Position numbers and translations under genes: made by a program. From positions 417,832-481,831 of the forward strand of contig CAVSGI010000014.1 in assembly GCA_963727445.1 (NCBI GenBank): 64,000 nucleotides of DNA. The letters run 5' to 3'. Shown one piece after another: positions 30,507-41,899 of this stretch (within the stretch, counting starts at the first letter, position 1; every line of letters starts with the position of its first letter). The stretch is from an uncultured delta proteobacterium. Its GTDB lineage: Bacteria; Myxococcota_A; Polyangia; Polyangiales; B10-G4. A model generated the notes under the pieces. The model did not search any database. It saw only the letters and a program-made list of their open reading frames with translations, and was not told where the DNA came from.

Positions 30507-33250
30507 AGAGCCTGACCATCCTCGTCGTCCATCCCGAGCACGACCAGGCGTCCCGCATCGCCGAAGCTCTCTCCGCTGACGGCCATCGGGTCGTCGTGGT
30601 GCCCGACGGGGAACGCGCGATCAATCGCTTCATCCAGCAGCCGACCGACGTCATCATCGTCGAGATGGTTCTGCCCGGTCGCGACGGTGGGACGACCGTC
30701 GAGTCTGTGCGCTGGGCGCCCGGAGGTGGCGACGCGAAGGTGGTTCTCCTCGGGTCGCGGGGGACGCCGCGCGATTCGCTGATCGAGACGGCGAAGCGCG
30801 TCATTGCGAGGGCGGCCATCCCCGGGCCGGTGGACGTCGACGCGGTGCGCTCGGTGATGGCCGACATCGCCGGCGGCGAGGTATCGACCAGGAGCGCGCA
30901 GTCACCGCCGAGCCGCCCGAAGTCCGAAGAGGTCTGGACCGGCCAGACGACGCGGCCGGGTGACAAACGCGAAGACGAGGATCGCGGCCTCCCCGTGGTG
31001 CTCGCCGCCGCGGCCCAGCGGCCACAGCCCGGCAACGCGGCCTCGCTCCTGCAGCCGTTCCGCGCGGGCCCCGGCTGGGACGAAGAGCTCTTCACCGACG
31101 TCGACGACGAGCTCACCGGCAACTGGGGGCCGGGCGACTCGCCCGGCGGGGAGAGCGAAGGCGCCGACGTGGAGCGGCGCGCGTCGTCGGCGGCGACGAC
31201 CGAGAACGAGCTCGTCGGATCGCTGCGCCAGACGCCCTTCCCCCGCCTGCTCCATCTGTTGGCGCTGTCGAAACGCACGGGCGGGATGGTCCTCAGCTCC
31301 GTGCGCGACCGCCGCCGCACCACCACCGGCGAGTCACCCAAGAAGGTCGTCTACTTCCGCAGCGGCGTACCCTGCTACGTGCAGTCGAACCTGGTGCAGG
31401 AGTGCCTGGGGCAGGTCATGGCGCGCGGCGGCGTCATCGGACACTCGGTGCTCGAGGAGTCGGTGCGGCAGATGCGGCGGGGCGAAGGCCGACAGGGCGC
31501 GGTGCTCCTCTCCATGGGCGCCATCACGCCGCATCAGCTGCGCGACGCGCTCGAGGATCAGCTGCGCGTGAAGCTCTTCGACCTCTTTGCGTGGAGCGAT
31601 GGCCAGTACCACTTCCTCGAAGACGAAAAGCCGCCGCCCGAGACGGTGACGCTCGAGATGAGCCTGCCAGAGATCGTCGTCAAAGGCGTGGTGCACCGCA
31701 TCCCGCCGCAGCGGCTCCTCGACCTGCTCTCCCCCAACCTCGATCGCTACGTGGTGCCCGAGAAGCTCCACCTCGGGCGCTTCAGTCGCGTGGAGCTCGC
31801 GCCCGAAGCGAAGTCGGTCCTGCACAGCCTCGACGGGTCGCGCAGGCTCTCGGAGATCCTCCAGGCTGCGGGCGAGCGACCGGGCGCAGCCGCGCAGCTG
31901 ATCTACGCGCTGAGCTGCCTCGACGCCGTTCGCTTCACCGAATCCGCCGAGCGGACGACGCCGCTCTCCGAAGGCGAGCTCCGCGACAGCTCGGCGGTCA
32001 CCATGCACATCGCGACCTTGCGCGAGGAGCTCGGCCGTCTCGGGCGTCTGCTCCGGGCCGAGCGCTACAAGGAAGCGCTGCGCATCTCCACCGACGAGCC
32101 GGCGGAGGCCATCCGGCGCGCCGACGCGCTGCGCGCGCGCTTTCACCCGGTGACCGAGCCCGGCGCCGCACCGAGAGACCTCCGCGCCCTCGCCTTCGAG
32201 GTCTGCGCTCGGCTCCTTCACGCGCGCGAAGCGCTCGGGGCTCCCGAGGGCCAGCGGCGAAGCCCCCTCGAGCTCGCGCGCGACGCCTTCGACCCCGACG
32301 TCCCGACCCGCGACGAGAAGAAGAAACGGACGGAGGACGGCGGGTCCCAACCGCCTGACGAGTTCCTGAGCGCCAACCCCTCCGAGGGCGGCGCGTCACC
32401 CGCCGACCGTGCCGAGCGTCCGACCATGCCCGAGAAGCCGTCGGCGCAGCCTCCCCCACCCGCGCCCATCCCGGACGACTTCGCGGAGCAACCACCGACG
32501 ATGGCGTCGGAGGAGCTGGCACCCGATGCCAACGTTCCGCCGCCACGCCTCGGCCAACCGCCCCCGCCGCGCCTCGGCCATCCGCCTCCTGCGCGCATCG
32601 GCGAGCCGGCCTCCCCCGCCCGCATCACCTCGCTGGTGACCGAAGACGAACGCGGCGATCACCAGACCGATCCCAACGCCGAAGACGAGCACCCCATGGC
32701 CGGGCTCGACCAAGAGCGGACGATCTCGGAGGCGGGGGACGACGACGAGACGACGATGCGCGGCAAGCCCGTGGAGCTGCCTGACGAAGCGAGCTACGAC
32801 GACACCACGCGCGAAGACGACGGGCCGCCGGATCTGACGGCGTCGCCCGTGGAGTCTTCCCTCGACGAACAGGTCGAGCGTCTGTATCAGGCGGAGCGAC
32901 ACTTTCGTCGCGGCGAGCGTGCGCTCCGGCGTGACAAGACGAAGGACGCGGTGAGCGCATTCAAGCGCGCGGTCGATCTCTGCCCGGACGAGGGCGAGTT
33001 CGTCTCGCATCTGGGTTACGCCCGATACATGGCGGCGCAGAGCGAAGAAGAGCGCGACGCCGCGGTCGCGGAGCTGGAGCTCGGCGCAACGCTGGCGCCG
33101 AAGATCGACATCACCCACGTGCTTCTGGCGCGCGTTCTCGCGGATCGCGGCGAGCGCGCCGCCGCACGGGATGCCTTCGGGCGCGCCTTGTCGGCCAACC
33201 CCGACTGCGAAGAGGCCCTGGCCGGGCTCAAATCCCTCGGTGAGAGCTGA
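30503..33250 (+). CDS. Multidomain protein: atypical receiver, DUF4388-like domain, degenerate J-like region, Pro/acidic linker, TPR
   Basis: ILVVHPE...VIIVEMVLPGRDG receiver fold; GSLRQTPFPRLL...KVVYFRSG...LFAWSDGQYHF; RFHPV; C-terminal TPR-like helices. Confidence 0.8.
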   Translation: MKSLTILVVHPEHDQASRIAEALSADGHRVVVVPDGERAINRFIQQPTDVIIVEMVLPGRDGGTTVESVRWAPGGGDAKVVLLGSRGTPRDSLIETAKRVIARAAIPGPVDVDAVRSVMADIAGGEVSTRSAQSPPSRPKSEEVWTGQTTRPGDKREDEDRGLPVVLAAAAQRPQPGNAASLLQPFRAGPGWDEELFTDVDDELTGNWGPGDSPGGESEGADVERRASSAATTENELVGSLRQTPFPRLLHLLALSKRTGGMVLSSVRDRRRTTTGESPKKVVYFRSGVPCYVQSNLVQECLGQVMARGGVIGHSVLEESVRQMRRGEGRQGAVLLSMGAITPHQLRDALEDQLRVKLFDLFAWSDGQYHFLEDEKPPPETVTLEMSLPEIVVKGVVHRIPPQRLLDLLSPNLDRYVVPEKLHLGRFSRVELAPEAKSVLHSLDGSRRLSEILQAAGERPGAAAQLIYALSCLDAVRFTESAERTTPLSEGELRDSSAVTMHIATLREELGRLGRLLRAERYKEALRISTDEPAEAIRRADALRARFHPVTEPGAAPRDLRALAFEVCARLLHAREALGAPEGQRRSPLELARDAFDPDVPTRDEKKKRTEDGGSQPPDEFLSANPSEGGASPADRAERPTMPEKPSAQPPPPAPIPDDFAEQPPTMASEELAPDANVPPPRLGQPPPPRLGHPPPARIGEPASPARITSLVTEDERGDHQTDPNAEDEHPMAGLDQERTISEAGDDDETTMRGKPVELPDEASYDDTTREDDGPPDLTASPVESSLDEQVERLYQAERHFRRGERALRRDKTKDAVSAFKRAVDLCPDEGEFVSHLGYARYMAAQSEEERDAAVAELELGATLAPKIDITHVLLARVLADRGERAAARDAFGRALSANPDCEEALAGLKSLGES

Positions 33251-33315
33251 TTTTCGGCTCGCCGCCACGAAGCCTCAAAGTCGTGCTATGAGAGCGATCC
33301 CGCGAGGAGGCGTGT

Positions 33316-34239
33316 GTGGTCGAGAAAGTGAAGAAGATCTGGCTCGACGGTGAGCTGGTGAATTGGGACGAGGCGAACGTCCACATCCTCACCCACACGC
33401 TGCACTACGGACTGGGTGCGTTCGAAGGGATCCGTTGTTACGCCCTCGATGACGGCAAGAGCGCGGTGTTTCGGCTGCGCGAGCACGTGGAGCGCCTCTT
33501 CGCGTCAGCGCACATCGTGACCATCCCGATGGATCGGTGGACGGTCGACGAGGTCGTCGACGCCTGCCTCGAGACGGTGCGCGTCAACGGCCTGGGCGAG
33601 TGCTACCTGCGGCCGCTGGTCTTCATGGGCGATGGGACCATGGGCCTGTCGGCGCGCGACAACCCGACGCGCCTCGCCATCGTCGCGTGGAAGTGGGGGG
33701 CGTACCTCGGCGACGAGGGCCTTCAGAAGGGCATCCGCGCCAAGGTCAGCTCCTTCACCCGGCCCGGCATCAACATGGTGATGGCCAAGGGCAAGATCGT
33801 CGGCCACTACGTCAACTCCATCCTCGCCAAGCGCGAGGTCCTCACCGCTGGCTACGACGAGGCCATCATGCTCGACGCACAGGGCTACGTCTCGGAGGCC
33901 TCGGGCGAGAACATCTTCGTCGTGAAGAACGGCAAGGTCGCGACGCCGCCCTATGCGTCCGCGATCCTCGGCGGCATCACCCGGGACACCTGCATCACCC
34001 TGATGCAGGAGATGGGCATCGACGTGAGCGAACGTCTCATCTCGCGCGACGAGCTCTATCTCGCTGACGAGATCTTCATGTGCGGCACCGCGGCGGAGGT
34101 CACGCCCGTTCGCGAAGTGGACGACCGGAAGATCGGGGCGGGCGAGCGCGGCCCGGTGAGCAAGCGCGTGCAGGACCGGTATTTCCAGGTGGTCCGCGGT
34201 ACGGAAGTGCCCCACCCCGAGTGGCTCAGCCGCGTCTGA
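33316..34239 (+). CDS. ilvE: Branched-chain amino acid aminotransferase
   Basis: HTLHYGLGAFEGIRCY, YLRPL, AKGKIVGHYVNS, EASGENIF, ILGGITR, GTAAEVTP. Confidence 0.97.
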   Translation: MVEKVKKIWLDGELVNWDEANVHILTHTLHYGLGAFEGIRCYALDDGKSAVFRLREHVERLFASAHIVTIPMDRWTVDEVVDACLETVRVNGLGECYLRPLVFMGDGTMGLSARDNPTRLAIVAWKWGAYLGDEGLQKGIRAKVSSFTRPGINMVMAKGKIVGHYVNSILAKREVLTAGYDEAIMLDAQGYVSEASGENIFVVKNGKVATPPYASAILGGITRDTCITLMQEMGIDVSERLISRDELYLADEIFMCGTAAEVTPVREVDDRKIGAGERGPVSKRVQDRYFQVVRGTEVPHPEWLSRV

Positions 34240-34316
34240 CGCGCCGTCGTTTTGATCAGAAGCAGGTCGTGCCGTGACACACGGACATGGCTTGGCTTTC
34301 GAGTGCCCGACGCGAG

Positions 34317-34979
34317 GTGGGTGTCCGTCCCACACTCGCGCTCCCTCTTCTCCTCTTGTTCCTCGGTTGCTCGAGTGTGGTCTCTCCCGACCCGGATCGG
34401 TTGGGGAGCGGTAGCGGCGACGCGAGCACGGGTGACGGAAGCACCTCGTCGGACGCGACGATAGGCCGTGACGGTGCGGTGGGCCGCGACGGCGGCACGA
34501 TGCCTGCGGATGGAGGCGGCGTGCCCGACGCCACCACCGGTTCGGGGCTCGGCAACCCGAGCGCCTGCGGCCCGAGTGAGACCCGCTGCCGCGTGGATCA
34601 GGTCTGCGCGGGCGACGCGTGCGTGTGTCGGCCTGGTCTGACCGCTGCAGGCGACGCGTGCGTCGACCTCATGAGCGACCCGAACAACTGCGGGATGGTC
34701 GGTGTCAGCTGCGGGGGCGGCGTGTGCGCCCGCGGCCACTGCACCGACTCGTGCGGCGACGGGCTGCGCTACTGCGATGGCGCCTGCGTCGGCTTCAATG
34801 ACGTCCTCAACTGCGGCGAATGCGGCCATGCATGCAACCGCGACGAGGTGTGCGTCCGGGGGCGATGCCGCCAATACGATCCGCTGCCCTGCAACAGCTG
34901 CCCCTGCACCCGCTGCGAAAACACGTGCTGCGCCTACGGCGTCGGCACGATCTGTCTCGAAACAGAAGCTTGTCCATAG
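34317..34979 (+). CDS. Cys-rich lipoprotein with Stig1/MXAN_6577-like repeats
   Basis: Lipobox LFLGC, Gly/Asp linker, CVDLMSDPNNCG and DVLNCGECGHAC modules. Confidence 0.75.
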   Translation: MGVRPTLALPLLLLFLGCSSVVSPDPDRLGSGSGDASTGDGSTSSDATIGRDGAVGRDGGTMPADGGGVPDATTGSGLGNPSACGPSETRCRVDQVCAGDACVCRPGLTAAGDACVDLMSDPNNCGMVGVSCGGGVCARGHCTDSCGDGLRYCDGACVGFNDVLNCGECGHACNRDEVCVRGRCRQYDPLPCNSCPCTRCENTCCAYGVGTICLETEACP

Positions 34980-34987
34980 GAGCCAAC

Positions 34988-35989
34988 ATGAAGCTGCGAC
35001 TCATCGTGTGTCTGTTCTCGTTCATCTTCGCCTTCGGCTGTGGGGGCGGCGACGAGCCACCGGGTGACGGTGGCGGCACCGACGGCGGGGCCGACGCGAC
35101 CACCGGTGGTGACGGAAGCACGGGCGGTGACGGAAGCATGGGCGGTGACGGAGGCACGGGTGGTGACGCGACCACCGGCGGCGATGGGAGCACCGGCGGC
35201 GATGGCGGTGGTGGCGGCGGCTGCCCGCCCCCCGAGGTCAGCTGTGGAGGTGCATGCGTCAATCCGCTCAGCGACGCGGCGAACTGTGGCGGTTGCGGCA
35301 CGGCCTGCGCGGCGGGCGAGGTCTGTAGCGCCGGCGTCTGTGCGGGCAGCTGCGATGGAAGGCTCACCGACTGTGGTGGCGTCTGTGTCGACACCCGCTT
35401 CGACCCGGCGCACTGCGGCGGCTGCGACATGCCCTGCGGGATGGGCGAGGGCTGCGTCGATGGAACCTGCGAAGCATGTGGTCGAGATTGGCCCGACCTG
35501 TGCGGTGGTCGGTGCACCAACCTCATGACCGACGACGGGAACTGCGGCGCCTGCGGGAACGTCTGCGCGCCCACCGAGAACTGCAACGGCGGCACCTGCG
35601 AGGTGTCCTGCTTCGGCGGTGACGTCTGCGGCATGATGTGCATCGACACGCGGCGGGATCCGGCGAACTGCGGCTCGTGTGGCAACGCCTGCGCGTCGGG
35701 CGAGGTGTGCTCGGACGGCACCTGCGCCATGACCTGCGACCGCGGCACGGACTGTGGCGGGAGCTGCGTGAACACAAACAGCGACCCGGCCAACTGCGGT
35801 GGGTGCGGCATGGCGTGCGGCGCCGGCCAGGAGTGCGCCGACGGTTCGTGCCAGGCCTGTGGGACGGGCGAAGTTCTCTGTGGCGGTCGCTGCACGAGCC
35901 TGGCGACCAGCGATCGCAACTGCGGGCGTTGCGGCAACTCCTGCGGCGAGGGTCTGCAGTGCCGCGCGGGTTACTGCACGCCGGACTGA
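34988..35989 (+). CDS. Cys-rich lipoprotein with six Stig1/MXAN_6577-like repeats
   Basis: AGGAG RBS, MKLRLIVCLFSFIFAFGC lipobox, GGDGST linker repeats, six C..C...D..(N/H)CG.C...C.....C....C modules. Confidence 0.8.
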   Translation: MKLRLIVCLFSFIFAFGCGGGDEPPGDGGGTDGGADATTGGDGSTGGDGSMGGDGGTGGDATTGGDGSTGGDGGGGGGCPPPEVSCGGACVNPLSDAANCGGCGTACAAGEVCSAGVCAGSCDGRLTDCGGVCVDTRFDPAHCGGCDMPCGMGEGCVDGTCEACGRDWPDLCGGRCTNLMTDDGNCGACGNVCAPTENCNGGTCEVSCFGGDVCGMMCIDTRRDPANCGSCGNACASGEVCSDGTCAMTCDRGTDCGGSCVNTNSDPANCGGCGMACGAGQECADGSCQACGTGEVLCGGRCTSLATSDRNCGRCGNSCGEGLQCRAGYCTPD

Positions 35990-36016
35990 GTTAGAGATCC
36001 CGTGAGACTCCGGCCG

Positions 36017-36080
36017 CCGGGACCGGGGCCGGGACCGGTTCCGGTCCCGGTTCCGTTCCCGTTCCGTTCCCGCTCCGCTT
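36017..36080. repeat. GC-rich hairpin plus short CCCGTT/CCGTT repeats between convergent genes
   Basis: CCGGGACCGG-TT-CCGGTCCCGG inverted repeat followed by TTCCGTTCCCGTTCCGTTCCCGCTCC. Confidence 0.6.
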
Positions 36081-36137
36081 CACCGCTGAGATCGCGAGCG
36101 GCGAGCTAACGCCCAAGGCCCGGGCCGGGACTCTCCC

Positions 36138-36863
36138 TCAGCTGCCTTCGGGCGCTTCGATCGCTTCACGCACGTAGATGAAGCGGTGGCACTGCTGGCA
36201 TTCGAAGAGCTTTTCGCTGCGCTGGAGCTCGATGTAGACCTGCGGCTGAACGTGCATGCGGCAACCCTGGCAGGTGCCGTCGATCACCTCGGCGACCGCG
36301 CTGCCGTACTTGCCGCGCACGCGCTCGTAGCGGCGCAGGGTCGCCTTCTCGATGGCGTTCGCGAACTCGTCGCGTCCCGCCGTGACCTTCTCGCGCTCGG
36401 CGGTGAGCTCGGCGACGCGCGTATCGGCGCCGGCCTTCTCTTCTTCGTAGAGCTTGCGGAACTCGTCCAGCTTGCCCTGCCGCTCTTCGAGCGACTTCTG
36501 CTTCTGGTCGATCGCTTCCTGGAGCTTGATCTGCTCCTCCTCGCGATCCTTGATGGTGCGCCGGATGCTGTCCATCTCGCGCTCGGCCATCTCCACCTCG
36601 CGCGCGTTGCGCGACTTGGCGCCCTTCGCTTTCGCTTTCGAGAGGTTCTCGTTGCTCTGCGCGATCTGCTCCGCGTATTCGTCCTGGAGCTGCTGCGCTT
36701 CCTTGAGCTCCAACCGCTCGGACTCGAGCAACGCATCGAGGCGATCGAGGTCCGCCTTCATGTCGGCAATCGACGCCGGGAGCTCTCTCAGCTCCTTGTC
36801 GATATCCGTCGCCGAATCGTCAATCTCTGCCAGCTTTACGAGAGCCCGAAGCTGTTCGCGCAC
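36138..36863 (-). CDS. Coiled-coil protein with C4-type zinc ribbon (DUF164/zf-RING_7 type)
   Basis: Long coiled coil, then CQGC...CQQC; located downstream of rpoD-tRNA; GGAGG RBS. Confidence 0.88.
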   Translation of the reverse strand: MREQLRALVKLAEIDDSATDIDKELRELPASIADMKADLDRLDALLESERLELKEAQQLQDEYAEQIAQSNENLSKAKAKGAKSRNAREVEMAEREMDSIRRTIKDREEEQIKLQEAIDQKQKSLEERQGKLDEFRKLYEEEKAGADTRVAELTAEREKVTAGRDEFANAIEKATLRRYERVRGKYGSAVAEVIDGTCQGCRMHVQPQVYIELQRSEKLFECQQCHRFIYVREAIEAPEGS

Positions 36864-37060
36864 ACTTCCTCCTGGGTGGAGGTCGCTTTATCTGCAACCC
36901 CGCCTTCGTGCAAGCGCGTTGTAGCTCGTTCGGGGTACGTCAGTACGAGACGAGTGGTGGGGACTCTCGCCACCACGGCCGCCTCGGGAGACGCCAACGG
37001 CTCAGGCCCCCTTTGCTTTGGGTAGCGGCGGGGTGCCTGAACGTACTCGCTGGATCCTAG

Positions 37061-37137
37061 TGGTGGGCCCACCAGGGCTCGAACCTGGAACGACCCGGTT
37101 ATGAGCCGGGGACTCTAACCAATTGAGCTATAGGCCC
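37061..37137 (-). tRNA. tRNA with CAU anticodon, most likely tRNA-Ile2 (lysidine substrate)
   Basis: GGGCCTATAGCTCAATTGGTTAGAG-T-CCCGG-CTCATAA-CCGGG...GGTTCGAGCCC...GGGCCCACCA. The G1-C72 pair argues against an initiator tRNA; C4-G69 and C5-G68 are TilS determinants; CCA is encoded. Confidence 0.93.
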
Positions 37138-37144
37138 GGAACGA

Positions 37145-39163
<2,019 letters not shown>

Positions 39164-39167
<4 letters not shown>

Positions 39168-41023
39168 CTCTTGCGGGCCGAATTCAGCTCGTTAGCCGTC
39201 TTCAGCCTCTCGTGCTTTTCACGCGCGAGCTGCCGCGCGAGCTCGTCGTTGCCCTCGCGGTATGCTGCTTTGATACGCTTGTCGAACTCCGGCAACTCGC
39301 GCCGGATGTTCGTGAGCCTGAGGCGCGGGATCCCATCGCGGACGGCGCGCTCTGCGCCCTCTGCATCGTACTTTTGGATCGCCAACCGCCCATTCAACCA
39401 AGATTGCGCCGGGTTGCCCGCGATTTGACCGAGTAGCGTGGCTGCATCTAGAACCCCGCGATCCTCAATCATTCCCGCCGCGGCATGAAAGATGGCCCGA
39501 AGATCGTCGCTGGTCAAAAGGCTTTCAAAGTTTTCCACCACATCGGAACGAAAGAGCGCGGGATTGTCGAGAATTGCCCCCAGGAGCTCGCCCTCGAGCG
39601 GTGGTATCTCGGCGGATTTCACCGGCTTCGGGGGCGCTGAGCGCGGTGTTTCGCGCTCTTCGCGACGCTGGCGGCGGCCCGCCCGCGCCTCGCGAAGCCC
39701 ACGTCGCAGCTGCTGACGCACGGTTTGGATGTCACGGACGCCGAATTTCTGCGCGACGCGCTCGACGTAGAGAGAGCGCTCCACGGGGTTGTCGACGCTC
39801 GCCAATACCGGGCCGAGCTCGCCGATGGCCTTCCCTTTCAGGGACGCATCACCGGCGGCGTCGCGCGCCGCGTCGTCGATCAGGTGCTCCACCATCCCCG
39901 GCGCCGCGTCCACCAGATGCTTCAGCGCCTCCGGCCCCTTCTCGCGCAGATAGGTGTCGGGATCGTCGCCCGAGGGCAGCGTCGTCACCTTCGCGGCGAC
40001 GCCGGCACGCGTCAGAAGCGGCGCCGAGGCGCGAACCGCCTTCTTGCCCGCCGCGTCTCCATCGAAGAGGAGCACGACCCGGTCCGCGAAGCGGCGGATC
40101 AGCTTGGCGTGCTCTTCGGTGAGCGCGGTGCCCATGGGCGCGACCGCGTTCTTGAAGCCGGCCTGGTGCAGCGCCAGGAGATCGAAGTTGCCTTCACACA
40201 CCAGGATCCATCCCTCGCGGCGCGCCGCCACCCGCCCCTCGTAGAGGCCGAAGAGGATCTCCCCCTTCTTGTAGAGCGGCCCCTCTGGGCTGTTCACGTA
40301 CTTCGCGCCATGCTCCATCCGGCTCTCGAGGGGCTCGTCAGGCGGAGGATCGAGGATGCGTCCGCTGAAGGCGACGATGCGCCCGGCGAGATCGGTGATC
40401 GGGAAGAGCAAGCGATGGCGGAAGCGATCGTAGTGTCCGTTGCCGTTCTTGCGCGGCGCGATGAGCCCGAGCGCCTCGGCGTCCGCCGCCTCGTGCCCCT
40501 TGTCCGCCAGGAACTTCACGAGCGCGTCCCACCCGTGAGGTGCGTAGCCGAGGCGGAACTCCTCGGCCGTCTCCGCGCGGATCGAGCGCCGCTCGAGCTC
40601 CTCGCGTGCCATCGAACCGAGCGGGTGCTCCTTCAGCATGCGCACGTAGAACCCGGCCGCCGATTCCATCACCGCGGCCAGCCGCTCTTCCCTCTCGCGG
40701 GCGCGCTTGTAGGCGGCGTCGGCCTGGGCATCCATCACGGGGATCTCCACCCCCGCCCGTTCGGCGAGGGTGCGGAGGGTGTCCGGGAAGGCCCGGCCCT
40801 CGATCTTCATGAGGAAGGAGATCGCGTCGCCCGAGGCCTGACAGCCGAAGCAGTGATAGAACTGCCGCTGCGGATGCACGTAGAAGGAGGGCGACTTCTC
40901 CGAGTGGAAGGGGCACAGACCCTTGAAGCTGGCGCCCACCCGCTTGAGGGGCACGAACTCCTGAACGAGCGCGACAATGTCGGTCCGCTCGCGGATCTCC
41001 GCGATCTTCTCTTCCGGAATCAC
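39164..41023 (-). CDS. dnaG: DNA primase
   Basis: CPFHSEKSPSF...HCFGC zinc finger, DRFRHRLLFPI, KYVNSPE, EGNFD, LFDGDAAG, DPD. Confidence 0.96.
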
Positions 41024-41070
41024 CCGCCTGTTCCCGCCTGCCCCACCGCCACTGCTCCAGCGGGCACGCG

Positions 41071-41098
41071 AGTGTAGGAACGGGGGGATGCCGGTCAA
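41071..41098 (-). promoter_or_regulatory. Candidate sigma70 promoter of dnaG-rpoD
   Basis: Minus strand TTGACC-N16-TACACT about 50 bp upstream of the dnaG start. Confidence 0.5.
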
Positions 41099-41138
41099 GG
41101 CGCATCCCATACAAATTTCGGGTTATGGTGCCGCGTCC

Positions 41139-41882
41139 ATGGACCGCCGGGCGATCGCACGTGAGATCACACTGGTCTACGTCGTCGTAGCGGCCCTCAC
41201 ATTCGCCATCACCCGCCTCAGGGACGTCCCTCCCTGGGACCAGTGGGTTCACCTGGGGGTCGGCGCGCTCTTCCTCCTCACGGCGATGCGCCTCGCTCAA
41301 CGCGAGCAAGGCGGGATGAAACGGATGGGCATCTCCCTGGCCGGCATGCTCGAGCCCGCCGACGACGAGGACCCGGGCTTTCTCGGCATGCGCGAGCTCG
41401 GACGCAGCATCCGTCGCGCGTTGCCCGACGGCCTGCGGGAGACCGGCGTCGCGCTTCTGGTCGCGCTCGTCGTCTTCCCGCCCTTCGCCCTCGGCTTCTC
41501 GATCTATCACGGCCCAGCGCACCCCTTCGTGCCGAGCCTCCCCGACGACGCCCTGTCCTTCGCGTTGGCCCAGGTGCTCGTCGTCGGGCTACCGGAGGAA
41601 GCGCTCTTCCGCGGCTACTTCCAGACGCGCCTCGGCGACGTCTTCGAGCGGCGGGTGACAATCTTCGGCGTGTCCATCTCCATCCCCGCCCTCCTCATCC
41701 AGGCGGCCCTCTTCGCCGTCGTCCACTTCGTGGTCGACCTTCACGTGGAGCGCCTCGCGGTCTTCTTCCCCGGCTTGCTCTTCGGGGTGCTGCGGCAGTG
41801 GCGCAAGGGCATCGGAGCGTCGATCCTCTTTCACGCCATGAGCAACATCTACGCCGACATCCTGGTACGCGGCTGGCTCTAG
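41139..41882 (+). CDS. CPBP/Rce1-like glutamic intramembrane protease, myxosortase-like
   Basis: PEEALFRGYFQ, LFAVVH, RLAVFFPGLLFG, ILFHAMSN; multiple TM segments. Confidence 0.85.
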   Translation: MDRRAIAREITLVYVVVAALTFAITRLRDVPPWDQWVHLGVGALFLLTAMRLAQREQGGMKRMGISLAGMLEPADDEDPGFLGMRELGRSIRRALPDGLRETGVALLVALVVFPPFALGFSIYHGPAHPFVPSLPDDALSFALAQVLVVGLPEEALFRGYFQTRLGDVFERRVTIFGVSISIPALLIQAALFAVVHFVVDLHVERLAVFFPGLLFGVLRQWRKGIGASILFHAMSNIYADILVRGWL

Positions 41883-41899
41883 CGATATATACCCGCGCC

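Noticed and set aside
34317..35989. Multihaem cytochromes
   Set aside because: The CxxC motifs are followed by G or D, not H.
36000..36137. RNase P RNA downstream of the zinc-ribbon gene
   Set aside because: Only a weak GAGAGTCCCGG resemblance to the 5' motif; the gap is too short and the conserved 3' motif is absent.
37061..37137. tRNA-Met/fMet, or an integration site
   Set aside because: Acceptor-stem identity fits Ile2; no duplicated 3' end or integrase was noticed in the window.
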